Counted from the stretch's first letter, positions 40,114-49,366 are shown. The stretch: DNA of 64,000 nucleotides from an uncultured Gammaproteobacteria bacterium (GCA_964470695.1 CAYYDR010000002.1:72401-136400); one strand, 5' to 3'. A program made the numbers and translations. Notes: a model not told the origin generated them from the letters alone.

Positions 40114-41736
40114 ATGTCACTTATCCAAAAGTTTTCCAAATTGTCGTCTCGGGCCAAGTCTTGGTATGTTTTGGCTTTGATTTTTGTTTTTACTGTTATG
40201 GTCGCCATTGCGACGGGCGGTAATTACTACAATTCTTTAGCTAAGAATTTAGCTGCTAAGACTAATAACGTTGTTGTCTTGCCATTAGTGGAAGAAATTC
40301 CTTTCAGTCTTGGCCTAGATCTTCAGGGCGGCGCCCATTTAGTTTATTCCGCTGATGTAAAGAATATTCCGGAGGCTGATAGAGCTGGTGCTATGGAAGC
40401 GGCCCGTGATGTTATTGAACGCCGCGTTAATGCTTTCGGTGTTAGCGAACCTATTGTCCAGGTTAATAAGGGCGTTACTGGCGAATATAGAATAGTAGCG
40501 GAATTAGCCGGCATTAAAGATGTTAGTGAAGCTATAAAAATGATTGGGGAAACGCCAATTTTGGAATTTAAAGAACAGGGAGCGGCCGAACAGACTATTG
40601 TTTTAGGAACCTCAACTCCGGCCACAACCAAACCTACTTCTACCTCAACTCCAGCCGCTGCCACTGTTGAGGTATCCGGAGATTCAGCTGATTTAAATTT
40701 AGATTTAAGCGCGGGCTGGAAAAATACTGAGCTCAGCGGTAAATATTTAAAGCGTGCTTCGGTCCAATTTAACCCTAACGATGGCTCGCCGGAAGTTTCT
40801 TTAGAATTCAATGCTGATGGTGCTAAATTATTTGAAGAGATTACTGGCCGCAATGTTGGTAAGCCGGTAGCTATTTTCTTAGATGGTTATCCCATTAGCG
40901 TCCCGACTGTTAATGATAAAATTACCGGCGGCAAGGCGTCTATTTCCGGAAAATTTAATGTTGAAGAAGCTAAACTTTTGGTCACTAGATTAAATTCTGG
41001 CGCTTTGCCAGTTCCAGTTACTCTGATTTCTCAAAAAACCGTAGAAGCTAGCTTAGGATCTAAATCAATTGATAATAGTTTGAAGGCAGGTTTACTCGGT
41101 CTTCTCTTAGTTTCTTTGTTCATGATTTTATATTACCGTTTGCCCGGGTTATTGTCGGTTCTGTCGTTAATGGTCTACGGCTTAACGGTTTTAGCAATAT
41201 TTAAGGCCCTGCCAATTTGGTTTGCCCTGATTCTCGTTATTGCCATTGTTGCCTTGGTATTCTATACCTTTAATGAACTGAAAATATTTAATGGCACTTT
41301 AGCGCTTCTCTTTATCATCATTGGTTTCTTGCTCTTCTTTTATGCTATTAAACCGATTACTTTATCTTTATCTGGTATTGCTGGCTTTATCTTGTCTATC
41401 GGCATCGCGGTTGACGCTAATATCTTAATTTTCTCTCGGACTAGGGAGGAAATTAAGGCTGGTAAATCAGTCAGTCAGGCGGTTGACGATGGGTTTAAAC
41501 GCGCCTGGCCCTCTATTAGAGACGGCAATGTTTCTACTATTATCACCTGCTTTATTTTAATGTTCTTCGGCACTTCCACTATCCAGGGCTTTGGCACTAC
41601 CCTCTTTATTGGTATCGCGGTTTCTCTATTCAGCGCCATTGTTATTACCCATACTTTATTCGCGGTGATTTTGGGCAGCTGGATTGATAAGAGAACCTGG
41701 TTGCTTGGCGCCCGCCGTCCTAACAAGCAAGAATAA
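40114..41736 (+). CDS. secD: protein translocase subunit SecD
   Basis: LGLDLQGG motif, a periplasmic-type domain with a Thr/Ser-rich insert, and six TM helices including the conserved C-terminal SecD_SecF bundle (GIAVDANILIFSR). Confidence 0.9.
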   Translation: MSLIQKFSKLSSRAKSWYVLALIFVFTVMVAIATGGNYYNSLAKNLAAKTNNVVVLPLVEEIPFSLGLDLQGGAHLVYSADVKNIPEADRAGAMEAARDVIERRVNAFGVSEPIVQVNKGVTGEYRIVAELAGIKDVSEAIKMIGETPILEFKEQGAAEQTIVLGTSTPATTKPTSTSTPAAATVEVSGDSADLNLDLSAGWKNTELSGKYLKRASVQFNPNDGSPEVSLEFNADGAKLFEEITGRNVGKPVAIFLDGYPISVPTVNDKITGGKASISGKFNVEEAKLLVTRLNSGALPVPVTLISQKTVEASLGSKSIDNSLKAGLLGLLLVSLFMILYYRLPGLLSVLSLMVYGLTVLAIFKALPIWFALILVIAIVALVFYTFNELKIFNGTLALLFIIIGFLLFFYAIKPITLSLSGIAGFILSIGIAVDANILIFSRTREEIKAGKSVSQAVDDGFKRAWPSIRDGNVSTIITCFILMFFGTSTIQGFGTTLFIGIAVSLFSAIVITHTLFAVILGSWIDKRTWLLGARRPNKQE

Positions 41737-41751
41737 ATAATAATTAATTAT

Positions 41752-42657
41752 ATGATTTATCGGATAATCCAAAAAAGAAAATTTTTCCTTTCCTTTTCCA
41801 CCTTGGCGGTAGTAGCTTCTATTGTTGCTCTATCTGTCTGGGGTTTGAATTTTGGGATTGATTTTACGGGTGGAAGTTTGCTTGAAGTCCAGTATCAGAA
41901 CTATAAGCCAAGTATTACCGAAATCCAGACCAGCCTGAAAGACGCTAATCTGCATAATTTAGTCGTTCAACCGACTAATGATTCAGTTATAATCCGTTTT
42001 AAGGAAAATAACGAAGAGTCACACCAGGCAGCGGTTAAACAGCTCAAGACTTTGATAAAAGACAAAAAAGATGCCTCTTTTAAAGAAATACAGTTTGATT
42101 CCGTCGGTCCTTCCATAGGTCAAGAGTTAAAGAGCAAGTCATTCAATGCTACTGCGATTGTTTTTGTCATGATTATTATTTATATCGCCGTCGCTTTCCG
42201 CCGGGTATCAAAACCGATTGCCTCTTGGAAATATGGTGTAGCCGCTATCATTGCCCTAATTCACGATATCATGTTTACCCTTGGCGTATTCTCGGTGCTC
42301 GGTCATTTTTACGGGATTGAAATTAATACTCCCTTTATTGCGGCAATTCTAACCGTTTTAGGCTATAGCGTCAGTGATACGATTATCGTCTTTGACCGTA
42401 TTCGGGAAAATTTGCCTAAGAGCCATGAAGATTTTGAGAATACGGTTAATAACAGCGTTAATCAGACCCTAGTTCGCTCCATTAATACTTCGGTTTCTTC
42501 TACTCTGGCTTTAATCGCTATTTTATTCTTTGGCGGCGATACCATTAAAGATTTTGCCCTGGCCTTAGTTGTCGGTATTTTTGTCGGCACTTATAGTTCT
42601 ATCTTTATCGCCAGCCCGGTTCTGGTCGCCTGGGATAAGATGACTCGCAAATCATAA
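41752..42657 (+). CDS. secF: protein translocase subunit SecF
   Basis: GIDFTGG motif and GYSVSDTIIVFDRIREN. 301 aa. Confidence 0.9.
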   Translation: MIYRIIQKRKFFLSFSTLAVVASIVALSVWGLNFGIDFTGGSLLEVQYQNYKPSITEIQTSLKDANLHNLVVQPTNDSVIIRFKENNEESHQAAVKQLKTLIKDKKDASFKEIQFDSVGPSIGQELKSKSFNATAIVFVMIIIYIAVAFRRVSKPIASWKYGVAAIIALIHDIMFTLGVFSVLGHFYGIEINTPFIAAILTVLGYSVSDTIIVFDRIRENLPKSHEDFENTVNNSVNQTLVRSINTSVSSTLALIAILFFGGDTIKDFALALVVGIFVGTYSSIFIASPVLVAWDKMTRKS

Positions 42658-42681
42658 TTATTTGTAGTTTAAGAGATTTAT

Positions 42682-42709
42682 AAAAAGGGCTGTTTCCAGC
42701 CCTTTTTTT
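42682..42709 (+). terminator. rho-independent terminator after secF
   Basis: AAAAA-GGGCTG (42687-42692), loop TTTC, CAGCCC (42697-42702), then TTTTTTT. Confidence 0.8.
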
Positions 42710-42712
42710 ATT

Positions 42713-42721
42713 TGGTATAAT
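42713..42721 (+). promoter_or_regulatory. extended -10 element TGGTATAAT, 6 nt before the ATG (leaderless geometry)
   Basis: TGnTATAAT at 42713-42721, with ATG at 42728. Confidence 0.4.
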
Positions 42722-42727
42722 TTGATT

Positions 42728-45088
42728 ATGAAATTCAATTTTTGGCCAGCCAAACAACCATCTTTTTTTGCTTTCCGCCGGGTTTTAGACAGGCTAATTG
42801 AGCTTTTTTATTTAACGATTATTTTTTTAACTCCGCTCTGGTTCGCTTATCTCTGGCCGACTTATAATATTTTTGAGTTTAATAAGATGGCCTTGTTCCG
42901 CATTCTGGTTTTTGTCTTATTATTTTTTACGGCTCTTAAAATAATATTTTATCCGCCTCAGTTTAACTTAGCTCCTAAAGTATTTTTTAAGAAATATTGG
43001 CTGGGGCCGGTAATTTTTTTAGCTGGATTAGGATTATCCTTATTATTTTCTGATAATCCGACCCAGAGTTTTTATGGCACTATTGAGCGACAGCTCGGCT
43101 ACTCTAGCTATCTGATTTTTTTTCTGTGGTTTATTCTGCTCAGCTTTAATATTTTAACAGTCAGAAATAATTGGCTTAGTAGGCGCGAAGAAACTAATCA
43201 GCCCCTTAGTATCCAGGGCAACATCCATCGCCTTTTGCTGGCCATATTTTGGTCCGGCCTGTTAGTGTCAATTTATGGTATTTTGCAGATATTAAATATT
43301 GATTTTTTAGTTTGGCCTGAGCCGCCCTATTTAACGCATAGAGTTTTTTCTACTTTTGGTCAGCCTAATTTTTTGGCTTCCTGGCTTCTACTAGTTATTC
43401 CTATCAGCTTTTATCTTTTTTGGACTAGCCGAGCTTTTTTGCTCAGATCTTTTTTCTTAGCCGCTAGCTTTATCCAGTTAGCTACTTTATTTTTAAGTGG
43501 TAGTCGGGGAGGATTACTAGCTATGATTGCCACCTCGGCCGGAGGCTTAGTTTATTGGTTGGTGACAGCCGCTTGGCCGCGCCGAAAAAAAATATTGGTG
43601 GCAGTTGTTTTTGCGGCGGCTGTTTTATTAATTGTGGTCGGTTTGGATTTTATTTCGCGGGGCCGAGTCAGAGAGCTAGCCGACCCTAATCGCGGTTCAC
43701 TAGCGGCGCGCAGCTTACTATACTCATCAGCGCTGGACGCTATTAGCCAAAAACCATTTTTTGGCTATGGTCTAGATCATGGCGAGGAAGTTTTTATCGG
43801 CTATTATAGCCGTGATTGGGGCATTTATGGCAATGTTAATCAGTCAGCTGACCATGCTCATAATTTTATTTTAGACATTCTGCTAACGGCTGGGTTTTTC
43901 GGCTTAGCCCTATATATCTTTTTCGGCTGGTTCATAATCCGTTTAATCAGGAGTAATTTAAGGGGGAATTTTAATAGCGGTTTAGTTTTAGCTCTCGCCT
44001 TCGGTCTGGTCGCTTATTATTTTTCTTTATTATTTAGTTTTACCATCGTTGTCGGGGAAATTTATATTTGGTTATTTTTTGCTCTTCTCGTGGTGAGTCA
44101 AATAGCTAAAGACTCATTCTTAAGTAGCGACAATGGTCAGGCTGATAACATCAGTCAGTCTAAACTTCAGGTTAGCTTTAAATGGCTAGCGGTTATTCTG
44201 GCGCTATTTTTATCACTCACTCAGATTAGCCGAGCCGGCCGGGATATCATCGCTGATTATTATTTTAATCAAATTTATTTTGTACTCTCTAGTCGTGATT
44301 ATTTTACGGCCTTAGTTTTAGATGATTATTTAAGCGAGCAAGCCGTTAATAAAATTAATCAGAACGGTTATGATCGTTTTTGGGGTGATAATTTGAGTGA
44401 GGTTTATAATGGCCTTAATGAATTAACCACGGCAGCGGTTGTAAAAGAAAAGCTGCAACAGGTTGAAGCGAATTTGCCCGCGCGGGGTTATAAAAATTTA
44501 TTAGTTAAGGCCAGAATAAATACCACCTTAGGAAATTATCAAGTAGCCGGCGATTATTTAGAGGCGCTATTTAAGGTCGCGCCCAGTTGGCCGGCTGCTT
44601 ATATAGAGGCTGCTCGCCTAGCTTTAGCTAGGGATGATAAGGAGGGAGCTTTGACTCATTACTATCAGGCCTCTCTTAATTTGCCGTCTCCTTTTGATGA
44701 GCGTCTTAATACCGAACATAAGCGAGACGTTAGTAATTTTCAGCGTTTTGTTAATCAGCAAATGGCTAGCGTATATATGAAGCAGGGTAACTACGGCGCC
44801 GCTGAGAAATATTATCAGCTGGCATATCGTTATCAGCCGTCTGATTTTACTCTTTTAAAAAATATTGCCGATACTTATTATTTGCGGGGTGATTTAAATA
44901 CGGCTATCAGGTATAATGAAAGAGGTTTCCGCCGCAGCCCCCATGATTATAATTGGCCCCTAGCTTTAGCTGCTCTTTATCGCGCTCAAGGCAATGAGCC
45001 GCAAGCGGCCGTTTATTTTAAGCAGGCCCGAGAGTTGTCGCCAAATAGCCCGGAGGTTATGGCCTGGCCAGAAACTTTAAGTAATTAA
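42728..45088 (+). CDS. O-antigen ligase-like (Wzy_C) membrane protein with C-terminal TPR repeats
   Basis: Polytopic N-terminal part with an FSTFGQPNFLASW...SGSRGGLLAM loop. The C-terminal ~300 aa have TPR-like repeats (GNYGAAEKYYQLAYRYQP, GDLNTAIRYNERGFRRSP). ATG 42728 is preferred over TTG 42722. Confidence 0.7.
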   Translation: MKFNFWPAKQPSFFAFRRVLDRLIELFYLTIIFLTPLWFAYLWPTYNIFEFNKMALFRILVFVLLFFTALKIIFYPPQFNLAPKVFFKKYWLGPVIFLAGLGLSLLFSDNPTQSFYGTIERQLGYSSYLIFFLWFILLSFNILTVRNNWLSRREETNQPLSIQGNIHRLLLAIFWSGLLVSIYGILQILNIDFLVWPEPPYLTHRVFSTFGQPNFLASWLLLVIPISFYLFWTSRAFLLRSFFLAASFIQLATLFLSGSRGGLLAMIATSAGGLVYWLVTAAWPRRKKILVAVVFAAAVLLIVVGLDFISRGRVRELADPNRGSLAARSLLYSSALDAISQKPFFGYGLDHGEEVFIGYYSRDWGIYGNVNQSADHAHNFILDILLTAGFFGLALYIFFGWFIIRLIRSNLRGNFNSGLVLALAFGLVAYYFSLLFSFTIVVGEIYIWLFFALLVVSQIAKDSFLSSDNGQADNISQSKLQVSFKWLAVILALFLSLTQISRAGRDIIADYYFNQIYFVLSSRDYFTALVLDDYLSEQAVNKINQNGYDRFWGDNLSEVYNGLNELTTAAVVKEKLQQVEANLPARGYKNLLVKARINTTLGNYQVAGDYLEALFKVAPSWPAAYIEAARLALARDDKEGALTHYYQASLNLPSPFDERLNTEHKRDVSNFQRFVNQQMASVYMKQGNYGAAEKYYQLAYRYQPSDFTLLKNIADTYYLRGDLNTAIRYNERGFRRSPHDYNWPLALAALYRAQGNEPQAAVYFKQARELSPNSPEVMAWPETLSN

Positions 45089-45094
45089 AATAAT

Positions 45095-45862
45095 ATGGAT
45101 TTGCTGTCATTAATTTTTGTTTTTATTTTAGGTCTTATCTTGGGCTCTTTTTTAAATTGTTTAATTTGGCGTTTATATAAGGAGGAGAGTATGGGAGGGC
45201 GCTCTTATTGTCCAAATTGTCATCACACTATTGCCTGGTATGATAATATTCCGCTTCTTAGTTTTATATTTTTGGGCGGACGCTGCCGGTCTTGCCGCCA
45301 GGCTATTTCCTGGCAGTATCCGTTAGTGGAGCTTGCTACAGCCATTTTATTTGTTTTAGTCTGGCAAAAGGACATTCTTGTTCCAAATTTTTCCCTGCTT
45401 ATTTTACGGGATTGGCTTTTAGTAATTACGCTTATTATTGTCTTTGTCTATGATAGCCGCTGGCAGCTTATCCCTATGCTGGTCATTTGGCCCATGAGTG
45501 CAGTCATGCTAATTTTGAATATTGCTTTAGGTTTAAGTTGGACCAGCCTATTGTTATTTGCCGCCTTAGGAGCCGGGTTCTTTCTTTTGCAATTTTTGTT
45601 AACTAAAGGGCGGGGTTTAGGTGAAGGAGACATCTGGCTGGGTCTGCTATTAGGGCTATCTTTTCCGTCGGCTAGCCAACTTATTTTAATTCTTTTGTTA
45701 TCTTATAGTTCAGGTGCTATTATTAGCTTGTTTCTGTTAGCTTCCCGCCAAAAAAAATGGAAATCAGCTATTGCTTTAGGGCCGTTTTTAGCAGTTGGCG
45801 CTATTATTACCTTAATCTGGGGAGAAGGGCTTATTAGTTGGTATTTAGCCCTGTTAATTTAA
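45095..45862 (+). CDS. pilD: type IV prepilin peptidase (A24 family)
   Basis: N-terminal CPNCHH...GGRCRSCRQAISWQYPLVEL zinc-finger region, a catalytic Asp context (VYDSRWQLIP), and GEGDIWLG. Confidence 0.85.
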   Translation: MDLLSLIFVFILGLILGSFLNCLIWRLYKEESMGGRSYCPNCHHTIAWYDNIPLLSFIFLGGRCRSCRQAISWQYPLVELATAILFVLVWQKDILVPNFSLLILRDWLLVITLIIVFVYDSRWQLIPMLVIWPMSAVMLILNIALGLSWTSLLLFAALGAGFFLLQFLLTKGRGLGEGDIWLGLLLGLSFPSASQLILILLLSYSSGAIISLFLLASRQKKWKSAIALGPFLAVGAIITLIWGEGLISWYLALLI

Positions 45863-45873
45863 GCCTCTGGCAA

Positions 45874-45902
45874 TTGTGGAATTTCTAGAAATTTTGTATA
45901 AT
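45874..45902 (+). promoter_or_regulatory. promoter TTGTGG-17-TATAAT with a perfect 14-bp palindrome in the spacer
   Basis: TTGTGG at 45874-45879 and TATAAT at 45897-45902. The spacer contains AATTTCTAGAAATT (45880-45893), which is self-complementary. It lies upstream of ftsA. Confidence 0.5.
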
Positions 45903-45961
45903 ACTAATAGCGATTATTTATAGTAATTTGACTATATTTTTATTTAGTCTGTCATACTTTT

Positions 45962-47221
45962 ATGAAGGATAATGTTATTGCTGGATTAGATATCGGCTCA
46001 ACTTCAATTCGCCTAGTTATTGGGCAAAAGATTGTCGGGCCAGCCGGCGATGAACTGCAAATTATCGGGGCTGTTTCTGGCCCAACGGCTGGAGTCGGGC
46101 GAGGCATTGTTAATAGCATTGAAGAAGCGACTTCTTCAATTTCCGCTGTCTTAGAAAAAGCGGAGCGTCTTGTGGGCGTGCCTATTAGCCGAGTCTGGGT
46201 TAGTATTAATGACCCTTATATTAAATGTGAGCGTTCTAAGGGCGTGGTAGCTGTCGGCCGCAGTGACGGAGAAATTAATGAAAATGATGTTAATCGGGCG
46301 ATTGAGGCAGCGCGGGCTTTGGCGGTACCAGTTAATTACGAAATATTGCATGTTATTCCGATTAAATTCGGCGTTGATAACCAGGGAGATGTTAAAGATC
46401 CGATTGGCATGAACGGCATCCGCTTAGAAGTAGAAACTTTAATTGTTCAGGGATTAAGCACCCAGATTAAAAATTTAACCAAAGCGATTTATAGAACAGG
46501 TTTGGAAATAGAGGATTTAGTTATTGCTCCTTTAGCTGCTGCGGAAGCGGTGCTAAGTACTAAGCAGAAAGAACTCGGCGTTGCTTTAATAAATTTAGGT
46601 TCGTCTACCACCTCTTTAGCTGTATATGAAGAAAGAAATTTAATTCACACTGCTATTTTACCAATTGGCGCTGAACATATTACCGCTGATATTGCGATTG
46701 GATTACGCTGTCCGATTAATTTAGCAGAAAGAATAAAGAGAGAACATGGGACAGCTAGTGCGGAAGATGTTGATAAGAAAGATGAGGTTGATGTCAGCCA
46801 GTTAGTTAAGGAAGAAGAGGTTAATGATGACATTAATATTATTTCCCGTAAGTATTTAGCCGAGATTATAAATGCCCGCGTGGAAGAAATTTTTGATAAA
46901 GTTGATAATGAATTCAAGCGCATTGATAGATCAGGTATGTTGCCAGCTGGCGTAATATTTGTTGGTGGCGGCGCAGAGCTAGAGGGCTTAGTAGAAGCGG
47001 CGAAGAAGAAATTACGTTTACCGGCGGCGCTTGGTGCGGCGAAAAATATTAATGTTATTATTGATAAAGTTAGAAACCCGGAATTTTTAACCGCTTTAGG
47101 CTTAGTTATCTGGGGCAGCCATACTGACTCTGATAATGCCGGCGGCCACAACTTTAAAAAGAGCCTAGGGGGAATTCTAGAAAAGACTAAAGGCTTGTGG
47201 AATAAAATAATGCCCAAATAA
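45962..47221 (+). CDS. ftsA: cell division protein FtsA
   Basis: Actin-fold motifs (IAGLDIGSTSIRLVIG, LINLGSSTTSLAVY, GVIFVGGGAELEGL), with ftsZ immediately downstream. Confidence 0.9.
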   Translation: MKDNVIAGLDIGSTSIRLVIGQKIVGPAGDELQIIGAVSGPTAGVGRGIVNSIEEATSSISAVLEKAERLVGVPISRVWVSINDPYIKCERSKGVVAVGRSDGEINENDVNRAIEAARALAVPVNYEILHVIPIKFGVDNQGDVKDPIGMNGIRLEVETLIVQGLSTQIKNLTKAIYRTGLEIEDLVIAPLAAAEAVLSTKQKELGVALINLGSSTTSLAVYEERNLIHTAILPIGAEHITADIAIGLRCPINLAERIKREHGTASAEDVDKKDEVDVSQLVKEEEVNDDINIISRKYLAEIINARVEEIFDKVDNEFKRIDRSGMLPAGVIFVGGGAELEGLVEAAKKKLRLPAALGAAKNINVIIDKVRNPEFLTALGLVIWGSHTDSDNAGGHNFKKSLGGILEKTKGLWNKIMPK

Positions 47222-47246
47222 ATAAGTAGCTAGTTAAAATAATTTT

Positions 47247-48434
47247 ATGGCAGAAGTAAAACCAGAGATTGAAACATTTGCAAAAATAAAAGTGGTCGGC
47301 GTTGGCGGCGGCGGCGGTAGCGCTATTAACCGCATGGTCGCTAACGGTATTAAGGGCGTTGGTTTTGTGGCGATTAATACCGATGTTCAGGCCCTCCATT
47401 ATAATAAGGCGACTGAAAAGATTCATATTGGTAAAACTGTAACCAGAGGGTTAGGGGCTGGCATGAATCCTGATTTAGGGAAGAATGCGGCCGAAGAATC
47501 ACAGAATGAAATTAGAGAAGTATTGAAAGACTGCGATATGGTTTTTGTTACTTGCGGTTTAGGCGGCGGGACCGGTTCTGGCGCTTCGCCTATCGTGGCT
47601 CAGATTGCCAAGGATCTAGGCGCTTTAACGGTAGCGGTTGTAACTAAGCCCTTTATGTTTGAGGGCGGACAGCGCAAAAATATTGCGGATCGTGCTTTTT
47701 CCGAATTAGCCGACAAAGTAGATACAATTATTACTATTTCTAATGATAAGCTGTTGCAGGTTATTGATAAGCGTACTTCTTTACTAGACGCCTTTAAGGT
47801 CGCCGATGATGTTTTGCGCCAAGGCGTTCAGGGGATCGCGGAGATAATTACTGTTCCTGGTATTATTAACGCCGACTTCGCTGATGTTAAGGCGGTTATG
47901 TCTAATGCCGGGTCAGCCCTGATGGGCATTGGTGTCGCTACGGGTGAAAATAAGGCCGTAGAAGCGGCTAAAGACGCCATTAACTCTAATCTGCTGGATA
48001 TGTCTATTGATGGCGCTCGGGGCATTGTATTCACTATTACTGGTGGTCCAGATTTAAGCATGACTGAGGTAAGCGAGGCTGCTAAGGTTATTACTTCTGC
48101 CGCTGATGAGGACGCTAAGATTATCTTTGGCGCGGTAGTAGATGAGAAGATGAAGGATCAGATTAAGATAACTGTTGTCGCGACTGGTTTTGATGGTCAT
48201 GGTAAGAGTCAAAAGAGTGAGATTGCTAAGGCCTATACGCCTAACGCCTTCATTGTTGAAAAAGAAGCGGAAAAAGAGACTCCAGCCACGACTAGTGTTG
48301 ACAAGAACAAAGGTAAATTTTCGGTTTTTAAGAATATTCCTGTTAAACCAGCCCTAGAAAAGAAGGCTGAGAAGCTTCAAGACGATGATGATGACTTGAG
48401 CGTGCCAGCGTTTATTCGGAAGAAGATGGGATAA
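47247..48434 (+). CDS. ftsZ: cell division protein FtsZ
   Basis: IKVVGVGGGGGSAINRM, the tubulin signature GLGGGTGSGASP, and a C-terminal DDLSVPAFIRKK peptide. Confidence 0.95.
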   Translation: MAEVKPEIETFAKIKVVGVGGGGGSAINRMVANGIKGVGFVAINTDVQALHYNKATEKIHIGKTVTRGLGAGMNPDLGKNAAEESQNEIREVLKDCDMVFVTCGLGGGTGSGASPIVAQIAKDLGALTVAVVTKPFMFEGGQRKNIADRAFSELADKVDTIITISNDKLLQVIDKRTSLLDAFKVADDVLRQGVQGIAEIITVPGIINADFADVKAVMSNAGSALMGIGVATGENKAVEAAKDAINSNLLDMSIDGARGIVFTITGGPDLSMTEVSEAAKVITSAADEDAKIIFGAVVDEKMKDQIKITVVATGFDGHGKSQKSEIAKAYTPNAFIVEKEAEKETPATTSVDKNKGKFSVFKNIPVKPALEKKAEKLQDDDDDLSVPAFIRKKMG

Positions 48435-48475
48435 CCGCAAATACTAGGATTTTTTAGAGTATAAATGAAATTTTT

Positions 48476-48506
48476 AATTCCGCCCGTCAAGGGCGGAATT
48501 TTTTAT
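48476..48506 (+). terminator. rho-independent terminator after ftsZ
   Basis: AATTCCGCCC (48476-48485) pairs with GGGCGGAATT (48491-48500), followed by a T-run. Confidence 0.75.
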
Positions 48507-48617
48507 GGTTTTATCCTCTGGACTTTTTTAATATTTTGTAAATCTCCTTATATTGATTTTATAAAATTCTGTGGATAAGTAGAGAATTTTTTAATATTTT
48601 TTTGAAAATTAGCTAAA

Positions 48618-48646
48618 TTGACCGGGGGGATTCTTTTTGCTAAAAT
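48618..48646 (+). promoter_or_regulatory. promoter TTGACC-17-TAAAAT (with TGC upstream of the -10)
   Basis: TTGACC at 48618-48623, a 17-nt spacer, and TAAAAT at 48641-48646. It lies upstream of nrdR. Confidence 0.5.
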
Positions 48647-48654
48647 ACTATTAG

Positions 48655-48670
48655 ATACAACATTTAGTGG
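48655..48670 (+). promoter_or_regulatory. candidate NrdR box 1
   Basis: ATACAACATTTAGTGG matches the 16-nt NrdR-box consensus acaCwAtATaTwGtgt at 12/16 positions. It sits just downstream of the -10. Confidence 0.45.
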
Positions 48671-48687
48671 TCTATTTTTTTAAAAGG

Positions 48688-48703
48688 CCACAAAATATAG
48701 GGT
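48688..48703 (+). promoter_or_regulatory. candidate NrdR box 2
   Basis: CCACAAAATATAGGGT matches the consensus at 13/16 positions. It starts 33 nt after box 1, a tandem arrangement typical of NrdR sites. Confidence 0.5.
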
Positions 48704-48714
48704 TTATCAAATAT

Positions 48715-49173
48715 ATGAAATGCCCAATCTGCTATTTCCCCGATACTAAGGTCATTGATTCCCGGGTCGCTCCGGACGGCTTATCTATACGCCGCCGCCG
48801 CGAATGCCTGAAATGTGCTTTTCGCTTTTCTACTTATGAGGAAATAGAACTATTAGACCTTGCCATTGTAAAAAGAGACGGTCGGCGAGAATCTTACAGC
48901 CGCGAGAAGATGGTGAGCGGCTTAAAGAAATCTTGTGAGAAGCGGCCGATTACCGAAGACCGTTTTAAAAAATTAATTCATTCCATTGAACGAGATTTAC
49001 AGCGCCTTAAGAAGACAGAAATAACTTCTAAGCAAATTGGGCAAATGGTGATGAAGAATTTGAAGCGCGTTGACCCGGTCGCCTATATCCGCTACGCCTC
49101 AGTCTATGAATCTTTTAAGGACGCTCATGAATTTAGAAAAGAACTGAACAAGCTGATCAACGAGAAGAAGTAG
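48715..49173 (+). CDS. nrdR: transcriptional repressor NrdR
   Basis: MKCPICYFPDTKVIDSR zinc ribbon followed by an ATP-cone. ATG 48715 is used because the track's GTG 48667 start would cover the NrdR boxes. Confidence 0.9.
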   Translation: MKCPICYFPDTKVIDSRVAPDGLSIRRRRECLKCAFRFSTYEEIELLDLAIVKRDGRRESYSREKMVSGLKKSCEKRPITEDRFKKLIHSIERDLQRLKKTEITSKQIGQMVMKNLKRVDPVAYIRYASVYESFKDAHEFRKELNKLINEKK

Positions 49174-49236
49174 CTAGGCAATATTTATAATTTTAGAACA
49201 TAGGGGCATAATTAATTTTAAATTATTTAGGATAGG

Positions 49237-49350
49237 TTGGCGGTAATGAATTTTTGAGCGCATATGATTTTGTAGAGGAAAATCTAGCTGCTGCTAGCAG
49301 ATAGATTTTCCCCCAAAAATCATCTAAGCGAAAAAATATGTTACCGCCAA
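49237..49350 (+). promoter_or_regulatory. structured 5' leader of nrdD (114-nt nested inverted repeats)
   Basis: Three nested pairings: TTGGCGGTAA (49237-46) with TTACCGCCAA (49341-50); ATGATTTT (49264-71) with AAAATCAT (49316-23); GGAAAATCTA (49277-86) with TAGATTTTCC (49302-11). The central palindrome is CTGCTAGCAG. Confidence 0.4.
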
Positions 49351-49366
49351 GCAAACACTCTAGGAT

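Noticed and set aside
48667-48714. GTG 48667 as the nrdR start.
   Set aside because: NrdR proteins start at the MKCP zinc ribbon. The extension would also cover the candidate NrdR boxes and the promoter-proximal region.
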